Of a DNA stretch of 64,000 nucleotides, positions 63,602 to 64,000 are shown in pieces. Origin of the DNA: an uncultured virus (IMG/VR IMGVR_UViG_3300042731_008559) (lineage: Duplodnaviria > Heunggongvirae > Uroviricota > Caudoviricetes); the IMG/VR virus record IMGVR_UViG_3300042731_008559. One strand, written 5' to 3'. The position numbers and the translations under genes are program-made. How positions within the stretch are numbered: the first letter of the stretch is position 1; every line of letters begins with the position of its first letter. The notes under the pieces are model-generated. The model ran no database searches, was not told the origin of the DNA, and saw nothing but the letters and a program-made list of their open reading frames with translations.

Positions 63602-64000
63602 ATGTCCTTCGATTTGAAGATTGAATGCGACGGCAATGAATACGACGCCACCATTGATGATGATGGCGACCTGCTCATCTTCGAGTACGATGCCTCCGAA
63701 GACGAGACGCTCGCCGAGATGGGTTATGAGCCCACAGAATGCATGATGCTTTCGACGGGTTGGAAAGACTTCCGTGCGCTGCTGGAGAAGGACGGTCAGT
63801 GGGAAGACTTCATGGACGGCGTCACCGGCGCCGAAACAACGTTCGAGCTTGACGGTGAGGAGTTCACGGAACGATACGACATGGAGTTTGACGAGTTTCT
63901 GGACTACTTGACTACTTTCCTCAAGAAGTCCCTGGAAGATTTTGACAGCAGAAGCAGGAGTATCGCTCGCATCATCGGAGCGCTTTCGGACAGCTATGGG
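63602..64000 (+). CDS. EMGY-domain protein 17 (3'-truncated by the window end)
   Basis: Read manually, absent from the ORF track: MSFDLKIECDGNEYDATIDDDGDLLIFEYDASEDETLAEMGYEPTEC, open to the end. Confidence 0.85.
   Translation, partial: MSFDLKIECDGNEYDATIDDDGDLLIFEYDASEDETLAEMGYEPTECMMLSTGWKDFRALLEKDGQWEDFMDGVTGAETTFELDGEEFTERYDMEFDEFLDYLTTFLKKSLEDFDSRSRSIARIIGALSDSYG

Noticed and set aside
1..64000. CRISPR array, tRNA or rRNA genes
   Set aside because: No regularly spaced repeat-spacer series or recognisable RNA gene; intergenic gaps are short. Not checked with tRNAscan or Infernal
44186..64000. Diversity-generating retroelement or shufflon as the source of EMGY variation
   Set aside because: No reverse transcriptase, recombinase, adenine-specific TR/VR pair or inverted cassettes are visible; each copy is a complete gene
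1..64000. Archaeal Borg-like or eukaryotic giant-virus origin
   Set aside because: SD sequences, TTGACA-type promoters, overlapping operonic genes and an SLT-like enzyme point to a bacterial host; no long perfect intergenic tandem-repeat arrays

Overview
Gene-dense, GC-rich window in which essentially every credible gene lies on the + strand, often joined by ATGA/TGATG overlaps. It has no ribosomal, tRNA/rRNA or core metabolic genes. This fits a segment of a large bacterial virus or virus-like element (inference; no capsid, terminase or polymerase gene is recognisable here). Four blocks: (1) 1-10.5 kb: possible lysis genes (partial holin-like, TM/coiled-coil proteins, SLT-like muramidase), a membrane-linked 4x-HTH protein, UPF0489-like, XRE, ASCH, SGNH esterase, GH130-like and a stand-alone TSCPD domain. 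(2) 10.5-23.6 kb: a 12-gene glycan-modification cluster (GT4, GT2-like, pyruvyltransferase-methyltransferase, methyltransferase, radical SAM, GT-sulfotransferase). (3) 23.6-44.2 kb: about 30 mostly membrane-anchored unknown proteins that share a sequence grammar: an M-x-Y-E-Y...G-[LM]-G leader, Cys-rich CCP modules, NGNG linkers, a TM helix with basic tail, and an N-P motif after the TM. (4) 44.2-64 kb: two MoxR-type AAA+ ATPases carrying the same leader/TM/NP extension, a HExxH-metallopeptidase/vWA protein, and at least 17 proteins sharing an N-terminal module ending in L-x-E-M-G-Y followed by variable bodies, several Imm5-like. Block 4, linked to block 3, is the best candidate for an undescribed system. 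Two palindromic operator-like motifs recur in promoter regions. All family calls come from reading motifs by eye; no database search was run.
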